This document shows, piece by piece, positions 8,390 to 18,470 of a DNA stretch of 64,000 nucleotides. The stretch lies in NCBI GenBank assembly GCA_964578535.1, contig CAZODI010000012.1, forward strand, positions 20,183 to 84,182. The letters are read 5' to 3'. Made by a program: the position numbers and the translations under genes. Below the pieces are notes generated by a model. It was not told the origin of the DNA, searched no databases, and worked only from the letters and a program-made list of their open reading frames with translations. The stretch's first letter is position 1, and every line of letters starts with the position of its first letter. This DNA comes from an uncultured Syntrophaceae bacterium (GTDB taxonomy: Bacteria > Desulfobacterota > Syntrophia > Syntrophales > PHBD01).

Positions 8390-9534
8390 TTCGATTCCTC
8401 CCGCCCGGGCCCGGGCACGAGATCGATCACGGTAATTTCAGGAGGCGCCAGAAACCGCATGGGCGGACCCCAGGTCCCGGTCCCCCGGCTGACATGGAGA
8501 AGCCCCCCGCCGGGCAGCCGGTAATCCCCCGCATGATGGGAAAATGCCATCCTCGTGAAAAAACTGAAAGGGAAAATCTGTCCCTTGTGCGTATGCCCCG
8601 AAAGCTGCAGGTCGAATCGGCCGGCGGCGGCGGAGCGGTTTTCCGGCCGGTGCCGGAGCAGAACGGTGAAAAGCCCGGGATCGAGGCGGTCGAGAAGCGC
8701 CCGCTCGTCCACCACCGGGGCCAGTCCGGCCTGGATTCCCGTCGCGTCGTCCACACCGGCCAGAGTCAGGATCCCGCCCACGGTCCGCCCCTCTCCCCGG
8801 AGAACCGTGAACCCGGCCCCTTCGGTGAACGCCAGGGCCTGATCGAGGCCGGCGTAGAACTCATGGTTCCCCGTCACCGCAAACTTGCCGAGAGGCGGCC
8901 GGATCGCCCGGAGCCGCTCCATGGAATCCCGAAGGCTGTCGATCTGGCCGTCCACCAGGTCCCCCGTGGACACCACCAGGTCCGGACGGGCTGCCTCGAC
9001 GGCCGCGGCGATGCGGTCGATGCGGTTCCCGGCGATGATGAACCCGACGTGGACGTCCGAGATCTGGACGATCCGCACCGGCCGGGAAACCTTGGCGCTC
9101 GGAATTACGATCCGCTCCGCATGGAGGCGGGTCGCCTCCCAGACGCTGTAGACGGAGAGCAGCACGGCCCCCGCCAGGGCCAACAGCGCGGCGGGGCGGG
9201 CACCGACCATCCAGGCCGTCCGATCCGCGCCCGTGACGACCGCTCCGAGCCGCACCACCCAGTTCCAGGCATCCAGGCCCAGAAACAGGCAGAACGCGAA
9301 GAACAGCGCCCCCATCCACAGGTAGCCGGTCCAGGATGCCAGGCAGGCCGCACGCTCCTGGCCGATCCGCTCGAGGAAGTGAACCGCCACCGGAAGGAGA
9401 ACCATCATGGCCAGGAAAACGCCGAGCACTCCCTGTCCCGGTGCCGGCAGCGAAAACGCCCGCGCCAGTTTCAGGAATATGTAGACATGGACTCCCCCGT
9501 ACACGAGGAAGTAGAGGACAAGAAACAGTATCAT
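8386..9534 (-). CDS. membrane-anchored metallophosphoesterase
   Basis: 382 aa. An N-terminal multi-helix hydrophobic region is followed by calcineurin-like motifs ISDVHVG, TGDLVDG, VTGNHEF and LSGHTHKGQ. It has 4-nt overlaps with both neighbours. Confidence 0.85.
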   Translation of the reverse strand: MILFLVLYFLVYGGVHVYIFLKLARAFSLPAPGQGVLGVFLAMMVLLPVAVHFLERIGQERAACLASWTGYLWMGALFFAFCLFLGLDAWNWVVRLGAVVTGADRTAWMVGARPAALLALAGAVLLSVYSVWEATRLHAERIVIPSAKVSRPVRIVQISDVHVGFIIAGNRIDRIAAAVEAARPDLVVSTGDLVDGQIDSLRDSMERLRAIRPPLGKFAVTGNHEFYAGLDQALAFTEGAGFTVLRGEGRTVGGILTLAGVDDATGIQAGLAPVVDERALLDRLDPGLFTVLLRHRPENRSAAAGRFDLQLSGHTHKGQIFPFSFFTRMAFSHHAGDYRLPGGGLLHVSRGTGTWGPPMRFLAPPEITVIDLVPGPGREESK

Positions 9535-10244
9535 TTGCCGGAGGGCATTTTATCCTTGGGCATCCCGGCTCCCGAATTCCGCCGGACCGCCGCGCTGGCG
9601 TCCTCGATGATCTGACGGGACAGGAGGGCCATGGCGCGGCTCATTGAGGCGGCGAGGCCGCCGGCGCTCCTGCCTTCCACGGGAAGGGACGACTCGTATT
9701 TCTTCTGATACACGACCCGGTTCTGGACGTCGCTCTTGCTCATGTCCATCAGCGTCATCCGGAGCACGAGGAGCGAGCGGCGGCCGTCGGTACCGCCGGT
9801 CTCGGAGAATTCCTCCACGGCGCCCTTGAGTACAAACCTCGCATCCACGGGATCCCGCCACGTGAACACAGCCTTGAAGAGCCCCGCGCTGCGCAGGTCC
9901 CGGGCCAGGAAATCCGTGGCCAGGTCGGCCGGATTGACCCTCCAGCGATGGTAGGGATCCGCATAGTAGACGTAGGGCTCCAGCCGGGAAATCATCAGGG
10001 GACCCCGGAGGGCCTCCGTGGCGGAAAAACGGTCCAGCTTGAGGACTTCGTCCAGGGGCGCCGTCCCCTCGAAGGCGGGCGGATCGTATTCAAGGGAATA
10101 ATGATCCACCAGGAGCGCCGGCTTTGCACCGGCACAGCCCCAAAGCGATCCCGCCACGAGAAGGACGACCGCCAGAACCCGCAATCCCGCTTTCATTCTC
10201 CCGGTCGAGCCGATGCGGGACCCTCTCTTCATCCTGTTCGTCAT
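9531..10244 (-). CDS. ABC-transport auxiliary lipoprotein (YmbA/DUF330-like)
   Basis: 237 aa with a strong RBS GGGAGGAA. Signal peptide with lipobox LVAGSLWGC. Its position directly after an MlaD/MCE gene is typical of this auxiliary component. Confidence 0.7.
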   Translation of the reverse strand: MTNRMKRGSRIGSTGRMKAGLRVLAVVLLVAGSLWGCAGAKPALLVDHYSLEYDPPAFEGTAPLDEVLKLDRFSATEALRGPLMISRLEPYVYYADPYHRWRVNPADLATDFLARDLRSAGLFKAVFTWRDPVDARFVLKGAVEEFSETGGTDGRRSLLVLRMTLMDMSKSDVQNRVVYQKKYESSLPVEGRSAGGLAASMSRAMALLSRQIIEDASAAVRRNSGAGMPKDKMPSGK

Positions 10245-10259
10245 ATTCCGATTCCTCCC

Positions 10260-11213
10260 TCAGCGGAAACGTCGGGGCGGCGGAGGCTCCCCGAAGATCA
10301 GGTCCGAAGGATTGGCCTCCAGCCTCTGGAGCAGCGCGTCGAGATTTTCCGAGGCCCGGCGGATGTTCTCCCCGGCCAGTTCCATATCCGTCGTGATCTG
10401 CCGCGTCTTGTGGTCGAGATCCGTCACCATGCCCTCGGTCCGCCGGGCCGTTTCGGCGAGATTCATCGCCTTGATCTCTTTCCGCACGTCGTCGATCAGT
10501 CCGCGGGCATCCACAATGCCGTCCTTGGTCTCCTGAAACAGGGTCTTCGCGTCATCCAGGGTCCCCTCCAGGTGCCCCTCGGAGACGAGTTGGTCCACCT
10601 TGTCCAGCGTGTGATTGAGATGCGCCGTGGTGGATTCCAGGTTCTCGAGAATGCGGTGGGTCTGCCTGCCGCCGAAGAACTCGCTGATGGACTTTTCCAC
10701 CCGCTTCAACTCGTTCGAGATCCCCGCCAGGTCGACTTCCTTGATTTTGGCGATGGTCATCTCCAGGCCCGACAGGATCAGCTTCTGCGCCGAGGCCTGG
10801 GAGGGGATGATGGGATGGGGCGGGGTGAAGTTGACTCGCGGCGTATCGACCCGCTCGCCCGTGGGAACCCGGTCCAGGTCCACGAAAACGATGCCCGTGA
10901 GGCCGGCGGACTTCAACTGGGCCACGGAGTCCTTTGCCTCCGAGGGCTTCAGGTCCACCTTCATGACCACCTCGATGAGGCGCCGGTCCTGGGCCACCTG
11001 GATGCTGTCGATGCGGCCGACGTCGACGCCCCGGTATTTCACCATGGAGTCCGGGGATAGACCCTGCACCGATTCATCGAAATACGTCACGTACATATCG
11101 CCTTTCTGGAGGATCTTGGACGCCCCGATCCAGATGACCGTGGCGACGCCGATGGAAACCCCCAGGGTGATGAACAGACCGATCAGGAACTTGGGAGTCT
11201 TGATTCTGGCCAT
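10260..11213 (-). CDS. MlaD/MCE-domain protein (ABC transporter periplasmic component)
   Basis: 317 aa. N-terminal TM anchor, then an MCE fold segment YFDESVQGLSPDSMVKYRGVDVGRIDSI, then a C-terminal coiled-coil tail. Confidence 0.85.
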   Translation of the reverse strand: MARIKTPKFLIGLFITLGVSIGVATVIWIGASKILQKGDMYVTYFDESVQGLSPDSMVKYRGVDVGRIDSIQVAQDRRLIEVVMKVDLKPSEAKDSVAQLKSAGLTGIVFVDLDRVPTGERVDTPRVNFTPPHPIIPSQASAQKLILSGLEMTIAKIKEVDLAGISNELKRVEKSISEFFGGRQTHRILENLESTTAHLNHTLDKVDQLVSEGHLEGTLDDAKTLFQETKDGIVDARGLIDDVRKEIKAMNLAETARRTEGMVTDLDHKTRQITTDMELAGENIRRASENLDALLQRLEANPSDLIFGEPPPPRRFR

Positions 11214-11228
11214 GGACGGAATGCCTCC

Positions 11229-12035
11229 CTATGCGGAAGAACCGCTCGTGCGATTGAAGAAATGGTACACCCGCGGATCGGACGTATCCTTCTGCAGGTC
11301 CCGGGGCCGCCCCTGGGCGATGATGCCGCGGGCGGACTTGTCGAGCATGACGGCCCGGGACGCGATGGTGAAGATCGACTCCAGCTCGTGGGTGACGACC
11401 ACCATCGTCGTTCCCATGCCCTCGTTGATGCTCCTGACCATCATGTCCAGCTCCACCGACGTGACGGGATCCAGGCCGGCGGACATCTCGTCGAAGAACA
11501 GGATCGTCGGGTCCAGGGCCATGGCCCGGGCCAGGCCCGCGCGCTTCTTCATGCCCCCCGAGAGCTCCGCCGGCAGGTAATCCTCGTAGCCCGACAGGTT
11601 CACCATGGAGAGCTTCATCCGCACGACCTCGTCGATGATCGCCGGCGGGAGGTCCGTGTGCCCCTGGAGCGGGAGGGCCACGTTCTCGGCCAGGGTCATG
11701 GAGCCGATGAGGGCGCTCGACTGGAACAGGACGCCGATCTGCCGCTTGAACTCCTGGAGGGCGGCATCGTCGGCCGTGGCGATGTCCACGCCGTTGACCC
11801 GGACCCGTCCCGACGTCGGCCGATAAAGCCCGATGAGGTATTTCAGCAGGGTCGACTTCCCGCAGCCGCTTCCCCCGACGATGGCGATGATCTCCCCGGG
11901 CTGCACCTGCAAGCTGACGTTTTCCAGGACGACATGGTCTCCGTAGGCGGCCGTCAGGTTCTCGACTTCGATGACGGGCCCGGTCCCGTTTGCCGGTACC
12001 GCGGATGGATCGTTCATGTCAACCTTTCCCGGCAT
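11229..12035 (-). CDS. ABC transporter ATP-binding protein (MlaF-like)
   Basis: 268 aa. Walker A GGSGCGKST, signature LSGGMKKRAGLARA, Walker B ILFFDE. Confidence 0.9.
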   Translation of the reverse strand: MPGKVDMNDPSAVPANGTGPVIEVENLTAAYGDHVVLENVSLQVQPGEIIAIVGGSGCGKSTLLKYLIGLYRPTSGRVRVNGVDIATADDAALQEFKRQIGVLFQSSALIGSMTLAENVALPLQGHTDLPPAIIDEVVRMKLSMVNLSGYEDYLPAELSGGMKKRAGLARAMALDPTILFFDEMSAGLDPVTSVELDMMVRSINEGMGTTMVVVTHELESIFTIASRAVMLDKSARGIIAQGRPRDLQKDTSDPRVYHFFNRTSGSSA

Positions 12036-12039
12036 CCCC

Positions 12040-13197
12040 CTACGGCCGGATGTAGTGCAGCATGATGGCGAAGGCCGAGTCCGCCACGATGATCAGGAAG
12101 ATGGCCGACACCACGGCGGAGGTCGCCGCCGCCCCGACCGCCTCCGCCCCTCCCCGGACCTGGAAGCCCCGATAGCAGACGATGCCCGAGATCAGGAGGG
12201 AGAAGCACATGGCCTTGAACATGCTGGCGTTTATGTCGAAGATCCGGATGCTCTTGATGGTCTGGGTCATGTAGGCATGGACCGTGATGTCGAGCCCCGT
12301 CACACCGACGATCAGGCCGCCCAGAACTCCCAGCAGGTCCGCGTACAGGGTCAGGACGGGCACGACCACGAGGGCGGCGATCACTTTCGGGATCACCAGG
12401 AACTTGACGGGATCGAACCCCATGGTCGTCAGGGCGTCCACTTCCTCGTTGACCATCATGGTGCCGATCTCCGCAGCAAAGGCAGATCCGGAGCGGCCGG
12501 CCACGAGAATGGCCGTCATGATCGGCCCCAGCTCGCGCACGATGGAGATCGACACAAGGGAGGCCACGTAAATGTTGGCACCGAACTGGCGAAGCTGAAG
12601 GGAGGCCATGAAGGCCATGATCAGGCCCAGGAGCAGGCTGATGAGCCCGACCACGGGCAGGCCCTCCACGCCCGCCCGTCTCATGTAGAACAGGACGGCG
12701 TTCCAGCGCACCGAGCGGGGATGGAAAAGGGAGTGGAGCAGGGCCAGGACGACCTCCCCGACAAACGTCATGAGGTCCGCGAAGGCATCGAGCAGGGACT
12801 CCGCCGTCTCCGCAACCTTCGGGAAGAAGCCCTCCGGCTTCACCGCGGCCGCCTTCGTCACGGCAGGGGCGGACCTGCTTTCCACGAGCGACAGAATCCG
12901 CCGGGCATCCTCCCCGAGGCCTGCCAGATCCAGAGGAATGGACCGGGCCGCGGCCAGCGTCCGGAGACGTCCGATGAAAAGGGCCCCGGCGCTGTCCATG
13001 TAATCGACCCGGGAGAGATCCACCCGGACGGCCGACGGCTGGCGGCTCTCGAACAATGCACCGGCTTCCGCGAGCAGCCGCTCCAGGTTCTCCAGGGCGA
13101 GCCGGCCCGACAGGGAAAGAGTGCAGGCCTCCCCGGGTGTTCCCTCCGCGGTGAGGGTGAAACTCTGAGGCTTGTCCGGAACCCCTTTCTTGAACAT
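12040..13197 (-). CDS. MlaE-type ABC permease with N-terminal STAS domain
   Basis: The ORF runs to 13269. ATG 13197 (MFKKG) is preferred because the upstream 24 codons have atypical T-ending codons. The STAS-like part is LSLSGRLALENLERL...VDLSRVDYMDSAGA. The C-terminal permease helices are MlaE-like. Confidence 0.85.
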   Translation of the reverse strand: MFKKGVPDKPQSFTLTAEGTPGEACTLSLSGRLALENLERLLAEAGALFESRQPSAVRVDLSRVDYMDSAGALFIGRLRTLAAARSIPLDLAGLGEDARRILSLVESRSAPAVTKAAAVKPEGFFPKVAETAESLLDAFADLMTFVGEVVLALLHSLFHPRSVRWNAVLFYMRRAGVEGLPVVGLISLLLGLIMAFMASLQLRQFGANIYVASLVSISIVRELGPIMTAILVAGRSGSAFAAEIGTMMVNEEVDALTTMGFDPVKFLVIPKVIAALVVVPVLTLYADLLGVLGGLIVGVTGLDITVHAYMTQTIKSIRIFDINASMFKAMCFSLLISGIVCYRGFQVRGGAEAVGAAATSAVVSAIFLIIVADSAFAIMLHYIRP

Positions 13198-13309
13198 GCG
13201 GCCGGAATCCCTCCATTCGGAAACCGGTGAAACACGACGCAAAACGGCCCCGGGACGGAGGGGCGCCATGCGAGGAGGACGGCGCCGCTCCGTCCGGAAC
13301 CGTCACCGG

Positions 13310-14995
13310 TCACGCAAGGCTGGCTAGATGGGTGCGCAGGTTGGCCTTCTTTTTATTCAGGCCCAGCTTCGCCCGGATATGATTCCGGTGCAGGTCGATC
13401 GCACTCCGGGAGACACTCATGATCCTGGCGATTTCCTTCGTGGTCTTCCCGCTGCGGATGTAGTTGGCCACCTGGATTTCCTTCGGGGTAAAGTTCAGGT
13501 ACTGAGAGGTCAGCGTCCGGAGGAAGGGCGACATGATATCCTCCAGGTTTGTCTCGATGATGTCCACGTATGCCTTCTGCGTGCCGTCCAGGGACGTGCT
13601 CTGCATTTTCTTTACATAGGGGAGCACCAGCTCGCGGACATTCGCGAGGACCTTCGATTCCACCTCTCCCTGGCTTTCCTGCTTGTGCTTCAGGAGGACG
13701 CGCAGGGCCTCGTTGACCTCCTCCAGGCGCCGGGTCGTATCCTGCAGGGTTTTCTCTCTCTCCACAAGCGCAAGGACCGCCTGCTTCCGCTCCGTGATGT
13801 CCATGAGGGAGCATACGATGAGCCGGGTCTCGGGGATGGCGGAGATTACGAGAAAAACATCCCGCATCCCGCCCGATTTGTCCTTCAGGGTAAATTCCGT
13901 ATGGAAAGGCCCCCTGGCCGGGTTCTCCAGGATTTCGCGCTGCAGGCCCACCAGACGCTCCAGGTCGGCGCTCTCGATCAGGTCGTCGGCCCGGATCTTC
14001 CCAACGACGTCCTCCCGACGGATTCCCGCAACCCTCTCGAACTCGCCATTCAGGAGGACGATGTTCCGGTCCTCGTCGGCGATCATCATGATGGTGCCCG
14101 TGTTTTCGAAGATGGTGCGGTAGAGGTTCTCCGACTGGCGCAGGCTGTCCTCCGCCTTCTTGCGGTCCGTGATGTCCAGGAGCTTGACGACGGCCTGCAG
14201 AACCCCCTTTGCGTCCTTCAGGACGGAGATCTTCGCCTCGACATGGATCTGCCTGCCGTCCTGGCAGACAATCCTCGTTTCGTACTGGTCGACCACGTCC
14301 TCGCCGCGCCGGCGCCTCGTAAAGCGATCCAGGGCGACGGTCCGGTCTTCCGGAACGAGAAAATCGGTGAATTTCTTCCCGAGGTTCTCCCCCCTGGTGT
14401 AGCCCGTCATCCGGGACAGCTCATCGTTCCCGTACTGGATGCGGCCTTCCCTGTCGATCACGCAGATCCCGTCATGGGTGTGCTCCACGATGGAGCGGTA
14501 GCGCTCCTCGCTTTCCCGGAGCTGGATCTCCGCATTCTTCTGGTGGGAGATGTCGACCCCCACGCCCCGCAGCCCCCGGATGCCGTCCACCGAGTGGATG
14601 GGAGACGCGAAAATGGCGACGGGGAAGGACGTGCCGTCTTTTCGGAGCAGGGCCGTCTGGGTGCCCTGGGCCTTCGACTTTCCCTTGAGTACCAGGTCGA
14701 TTTCCCGCTTCATCCGCTCCCGGTCTTCCGGGATCACCGCGTCCCAGGCGGTCATTCCCTTGCTGAAATCTTCCTGGTCGTAGCCGAGGAACGCGGTGAT
14801 ATGGCGATTGAAGAACGTAAAGCGGCCTTTCCTGTCCAGTTCGAAGACGATCTGCGGCAGGCACTCCGCCAGTTCCCGGTAGCGCTCTTCCCAGGATTGT
14901 AAGGCCGGGCCGCCCCGTTCGAGGCCCTGCACTTTCTTCCTCAACTCCGCCACTTCCTTCAGCAGCTCTTCCCTGGTTTTCTTCGCGCCTTCCAT
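13310..14995 (-). CDS. multi-PAS / coiled-coil / LuxR-type HTH one-component regulator
   Basis: 561 aa from ATG 14995 (RBS GGGAGGAG). It has about four PAS repeats, each preceded by an (S/T)EERYR-like linker. The C-terminal GerE/LuxR HTH is FTPKEIQVANYIRSGKTTKEIARIMSVSRSAIDLHRNHIRAKLG. There is no receiver or kinase domain. Confidence 0.85.
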   Translation of the reverse strand: MEGAKKTREELLKEVAELRKKVQGLERGGPALQSWEERYRELAECLPQIVFELDRKGRFTFFNRHITAFLGYDQEDFSKGMTAWDAVIPEDRERMKREIDLVLKGKSKAQGTQTALLRKDGTSFPVAIFASPIHSVDGIRGLRGVGVDISHQKNAEIQLRESEERYRSIVEHTHDGICVIDREGRIQYGNDELSRMTGYTRGENLGKKFTDFLVPEDRTVALDRFTRRRRGEDVVDQYETRIVCQDGRQIHVEAKISVLKDAKGVLQAVVKLLDITDRKKAEDSLRQSENLYRTIFENTGTIMMIADEDRNIVLLNGEFERVAGIRREDVVGKIRADDLIESADLERLVGLQREILENPARGPFHTEFTLKDKSGGMRDVFLVISAIPETRLIVCSLMDITERKQAVLALVEREKTLQDTTRRLEEVNEALRVLLKHKQESQGEVESKVLANVRELVLPYVKKMQSTSLDGTQKAYVDIIETNLEDIMSPFLRTLTSQYLNFTPKEIQVANYIRSGKTTKEIARIMSVSRSAIDLHRNHIRAKLGLNKKKANLRTHLASLA

Positions 14996-15125
14996 ATCTC
15001 CTCCCTTGCCGGTCCTTCGAGGCATCCTCTCCGGCAGCCGGGCTCCCTGCCGCTGTCCGAAATCCCGGATCCATCCAGGACTTCACTTCCTGAAAGGAGC
15101 GGGCATCCGGTCCGGTCTTCCCGGG

Positions 15126-15782
15126 TCACAGGGACCTTGTTTTATACAGCTCGTTCTTCACAATGTAGCGGCGCACCGCATCGGGGACGAGGTAGGCAAT
15201 CGATTGCGAAACCTTCGCCCGCTGGCGGATGTTGCTGGAAGCGATATCGAGGAAGGTGACCTCCCGGAAGTAAATCATGTGCCCCGTCGGCCCCCGGTAA
15301 CCGTCAAGCTCTTCTTCGTAGGTGAAGCGGGAAGAGAAATCCTCCGGAAGAATCGTCGCGAGACCCTTGTTCTCGTAGCCGGGCCGGGTCATGACGACCA
15401 TGTGGCACAGGAGGAGAAGCCTGTTCCAGTCGCGCCATGTCTGGATGGCGTGAAAGGCGTCCTGGCCCAGGATGAAGTAAAGCTCGAGGTCCTTGAGATA
15501 GCGGTTCAGGAAATACTCGATGGTCTCCACCGAATAGGACGTTCCCTCCCGCTGGTTTTCCACGTCGGAAAAGGAAAAGGAGGGGTTGTCCTCGATGGCG
15601 AGCCGGACCATCTGCTCCCGGTGGAAGAAGGGCGTGATCTCCGCCCCCAGCTTGTGCGGGGGCCGGGATGCGGGCACGAAGATGATCCGGTTCAGGTCGA
15701 ACATCTCCAGGATCTCCTCGGCGCATCGCAGATGGCCCATGTGAATCGGATCGAAGGTTCCGCCCAACAGTCCCCACTTCAT
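15126..15782 (-). CDS. nadD: nicotinate-nucleotide adenylyltransferase
   Basis: 218 aa. [11 protein letters not shown] (HxGH motif), PPHK, and the ISSSxIR-type motif [10 protein letters not shown]. Confidence 0.9.
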   Translation of the reverse strand: MKWGLLGGTFDPIHMGHLRCAEEILEMFDLNRIIFVPASRPPHKLGAEITPFFHREQMVRLAIEDNPSFSFSDVENQREGTSYSVETIEYFLNRYLKDLELYFILGQDAFHAIQTWRDWNRLLLLCHMVVMTRPGYENKGLATILPEDFSSRFTYEEELDGYRGPTGHMIYFREVTFLDIASSNIRQRAKVSQSIAYLVPDAVRRYIVKNELYKTRSL

Positions 15783-17035
15783 GTCCTCACCTGTCCGTCT
15801 CCGTAGATGATGAATTTCGTTGTCGTCAGCTCTTCCAGCCCCATGGGCCCGAAGGCGTGCAGTTTCGTCGTGCTGATGCCGATCTCGGCCCCGAGTCCAA
15901 GCTCGAACCCGTCACTGAAGCGGGTCGAGGCGTTCACCAGCACCGTCGAGGAGGAAACCTCCCGGAGAAAACGCTGTGCATTGGCATAATCCTTCGTCAG
16001 GATCGCCTCCGTGTGCAGGGAGCCGTAGCGCTCGATATGGTCCATCGCCTCGTCGATCCCGTCCACCACGCGGACCGCGAGGATCAGGTCCAGGTACTCG
16101 GCGTGCCAGTCCTCTTCCCGGGCCTCTTCGGCGGAGGGAACGATCTCCCGCGTGCGGGGACACCCGCGGAGCAGCACGCCGGCGTCCATAAGGGCCCGGG
16201 CCGCCTCCGGGAGAAACGCCCCGGCGATCTTCTCGTGGACGAGGAGGGTCTCCATGGCGTTGCAGACGCCCGGGCGCTGGGTCTTGGCGTTCATGCAGAT
16301 CCCGACCGCCTCCCCGACGTCCGCGCCGGCATCGACGAAGATGTGGCAGACACCCTTGTAGTGCTTGATGACGGGAATCTTCGAGTCCCGCACCACCGCC
16401 CGGATCAGGTCCTCCCCTCCCCGGGGGATGATCAGGTCGATGTACTCCTCCAGCTGGAGCATCTCGTAGACCGCCCGGCGGTCCGTCACGCCGATGACCT
16501 GCACCGCCGCCGGCGGCAGTCCCGACGTCTCCAGCACATCCTGCAGGACGCGGGCAATGGCCAGGTTGGAGTCGATGGCCTCCGATCCGCCCCGCAGGAT
16601 CACCGCATTGCCCGATTTCAGGCACAGGGCCGCCGCATCGACGGTCACGTTGGGACGCGCCTCATAGATGATGCCGATGACGCCCAGGGGAATCCGCATC
16701 CGCCCGACCAGGAGTCCGTTGGGGCGCCGCCACATGCCGGTGATCCGGCCGACCGGATCCGGCAGCGCCGCCACCTCCTCCAGCCCCCGGGCCATGCCCC
16801 GGATCGTCGCCGGAGTCAGTGTGAGGCGGTCGACCATGGCCTTGGACAGCCCCCGCTCCCGGGCCTTTGCGACATCGCCGGCGTTCGCCTCCAGCAGGAA
16901 CGCCTCCCGCTCCCGCAGGGCACCGGCCATGGCCAGGAGGGTGCGATCCTTGCGATCGGACGGGACACGCCCGAGGGCGGAAGCGGCCGCACGCGCTCTG
17001 ACTGCCGTTTCGAGAATACTTTCCCTTATCTCCAA
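15779..17035 (-). CDS. proA: gamma-glutamyl phosphate reductase
   Basis: The ORF extends to 17152. TTG 17035, with GGGAG 7 nt upstream, gives 418 aa, the usual ProA size. Aldehyde-dehydrogenase-type core includes [28 protein letters not shown] and [10 protein letters not shown]. Its stop overlaps the nadD start by 4 nt. Confidence 0.9.
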   Translation of the reverse strand: MEIRESILETAVRARAAASALGRVPSDRKDRTLLAMAGALREREAFLLEANAGDVAKARERGLSKAMVDRLTLTPATIRGMARGLEEVAALPDPVGRITGMWRRPNGLLVGRMRIPLGVIGIIYEARPNVTVDAAALCLKSGNAVILRGGSEAIDSNLAIARVLQDVLETSGLPPAAVQVIGVTDRRAVYEMLQLEEYIDLIIPRGGEDLIRAVVRDSKIPVIKHYKGVCHIFVDAGADVGEAVGICMNAKTQRPGVCNAMETLLVHEKIAGAFLPEAARALMDAGVLLRGCPRTREIVPSAEEAREEDWHAEYLDLILAVRVVDGIDEAMDHIERYGSLHTEAILTKDYANAQRFLREVSSSTVLVNASTRFSDGFELGLGAEIGISTTKLHAFGPMGLEELTTTKFIIYGDGQVRT

Positions 17036-17350
17036 TCCCGCGCTCCCGAAGAGAATTCCCAGGAAGGTTTCCCTTTCCGCCACCCTGCCGGCGAGGGAAA
17101 TGTTGACAAAACCAAAGGAGATTTTGTATGAACCGACTGCCAGCCCAACCATCTCCGTATCTGCCGGCTGGGCCCGCAGGGGCCAAGCGGCAGGATCAAC
17201 TTACAAAACGTACCGGACCGTGTCAAGAACGATATCATTATATCAGGTAATAACTAAAAGTGGTCCGGTCACCCGGAGCGGGTGCACGATCCGGCGGCGG
17301 CCGTCCGATTCCGCACGCATGCTGTGCATCCCCCACCGGCAGGGAATCCC

Positions 17351-18421
17351 ATGAGCACCCTTCGGATCCGTGCAGGCCGCTCCGCCATGGCCCTGATCCG
17401 GGACGGCGGGTTTTCCCTGGACGCCGTCCGTTCCTACTACGGCCCCGCGTCGGGTCCGCGCTGGCTCATCGTTTCCGGCTTCGACCGGACGCTCTTCTCT
17501 TCGGGGGTCCTGGGAAACCGGCACCCGGTCCTTCTGGCGGGATCCTCCGCCGGGGCCTGGCGCTTCGCCGCCTGGCTGCAGCCCGAGCCGGACAAAAGCT
17601 ACAATGCCCTCCTCGAGTCCTACCTCACGGCCTCCTATCACCGGAAGGACTCGCCCCAGGACATCCTCAAGACCTTGGGCGGGATCATCAATACCTTCCT
17701 GGAGCGCGACGCCGTTCCCTTCGCCCTGGCCAACAAAAAATACCGCTTTGCCGTGTCCACGATGCGATGCCGCCCGCTGACCGCCTCGGAACGGCCCTGG
17801 ATCCAGAAGGGCGGTTTCATGCTCAGCTACCTCATGAACATCCTCAGCCCGTCGACCCTGCACTCCTTCGGAGAGCGGGTCATCTTCTACAACGGCCCCA
17901 AGCCTCCCTCGTTCTGCCTGCGCAGCGACTTCAGGGGGACCTTCATCCGGCTGAGCGCCACGAACTTCCGGGCCGCCGTCCTCGCGTCCGGCGCCATCCC
18001 CGTCGTTGTCGCCGGCGTCCGGGACATCTACGGCGCGCCGACCGGCATCTACCGGGACGGGGGCTTCTTCGACTACCACCTGACCCACCGCTACACGGAG
18101 CGGGACGACGAGGTGACCCTTTTCTTCAACCACCAGGAGCGGATCATCCCCGGCTGGATGGACAAGAAGCGCATGAAGCGCAGGCCTTCCGAGGAGATCC
18201 TCGACAACGTCCTGATGGTGTACCCCTCCGAGGCCTTCGTCGAGGGTCTCCCGGGCGGAAAGGTACCGGACCGGGACGACCTCACCGACCTGATCGACGA
18301 GCCGGAGACCCGGATTCGCAACTGGTGGCAGGCCGTCCGGCAGTCGGCCCATTTCGGGGAGGAATTCCTGGAACTCGTCGAGAGCGGGCGGATCCGTGAC
18401 GTGGTGGAGCCCATCTCCTGA
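17351..18421 (+). CDS. patatin-like phospholipase family protein (atypical)
   Basis: 356 aa from ATG 17351. Nucleophile elbow GSSAG (GxSxG) and a DGG dyad motif (YRDGGFFDY). The N-terminal glycine-rich oxyanion loop is degenerate (PASGPRW). Confidence 0.6.
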   Translation: MSTLRIRAGRSAMALIRDGGFSLDAVRSYYGPASGPRWLIVSGFDRTLFSSGVLGNRHPVLLAGSSAGAWRFAAWLQPEPDKSYNALLESYLTASYHRKDSPQDILKTLGGIINTFLERDAVPFALANKKYRFAVSTMRCRPLTASERPWIQKGGFMLSYLMNILSPSTLHSFGERVIFYNGPKPPSFCLRSDFRGTFIRLSATNFRAAVLASGAIPVVVAGVRDIYGAPTGIYRDGGFFDYHLTHRYTERDDEVTLFFNHQERIIPGWMDKKRMKRRPSEEILDNVLMVYPSEAFVEGLPGGKVPDRDDLTDLIDEPETRIRNWWQAVRQSAHFGEEFLELVESGRIRDVVEPIS

Positions 18422-18470
18422 CGGCGGCCGCCCCGTCCCGTCCTATCGGAAACAGGCCTTTCCGTACCCC

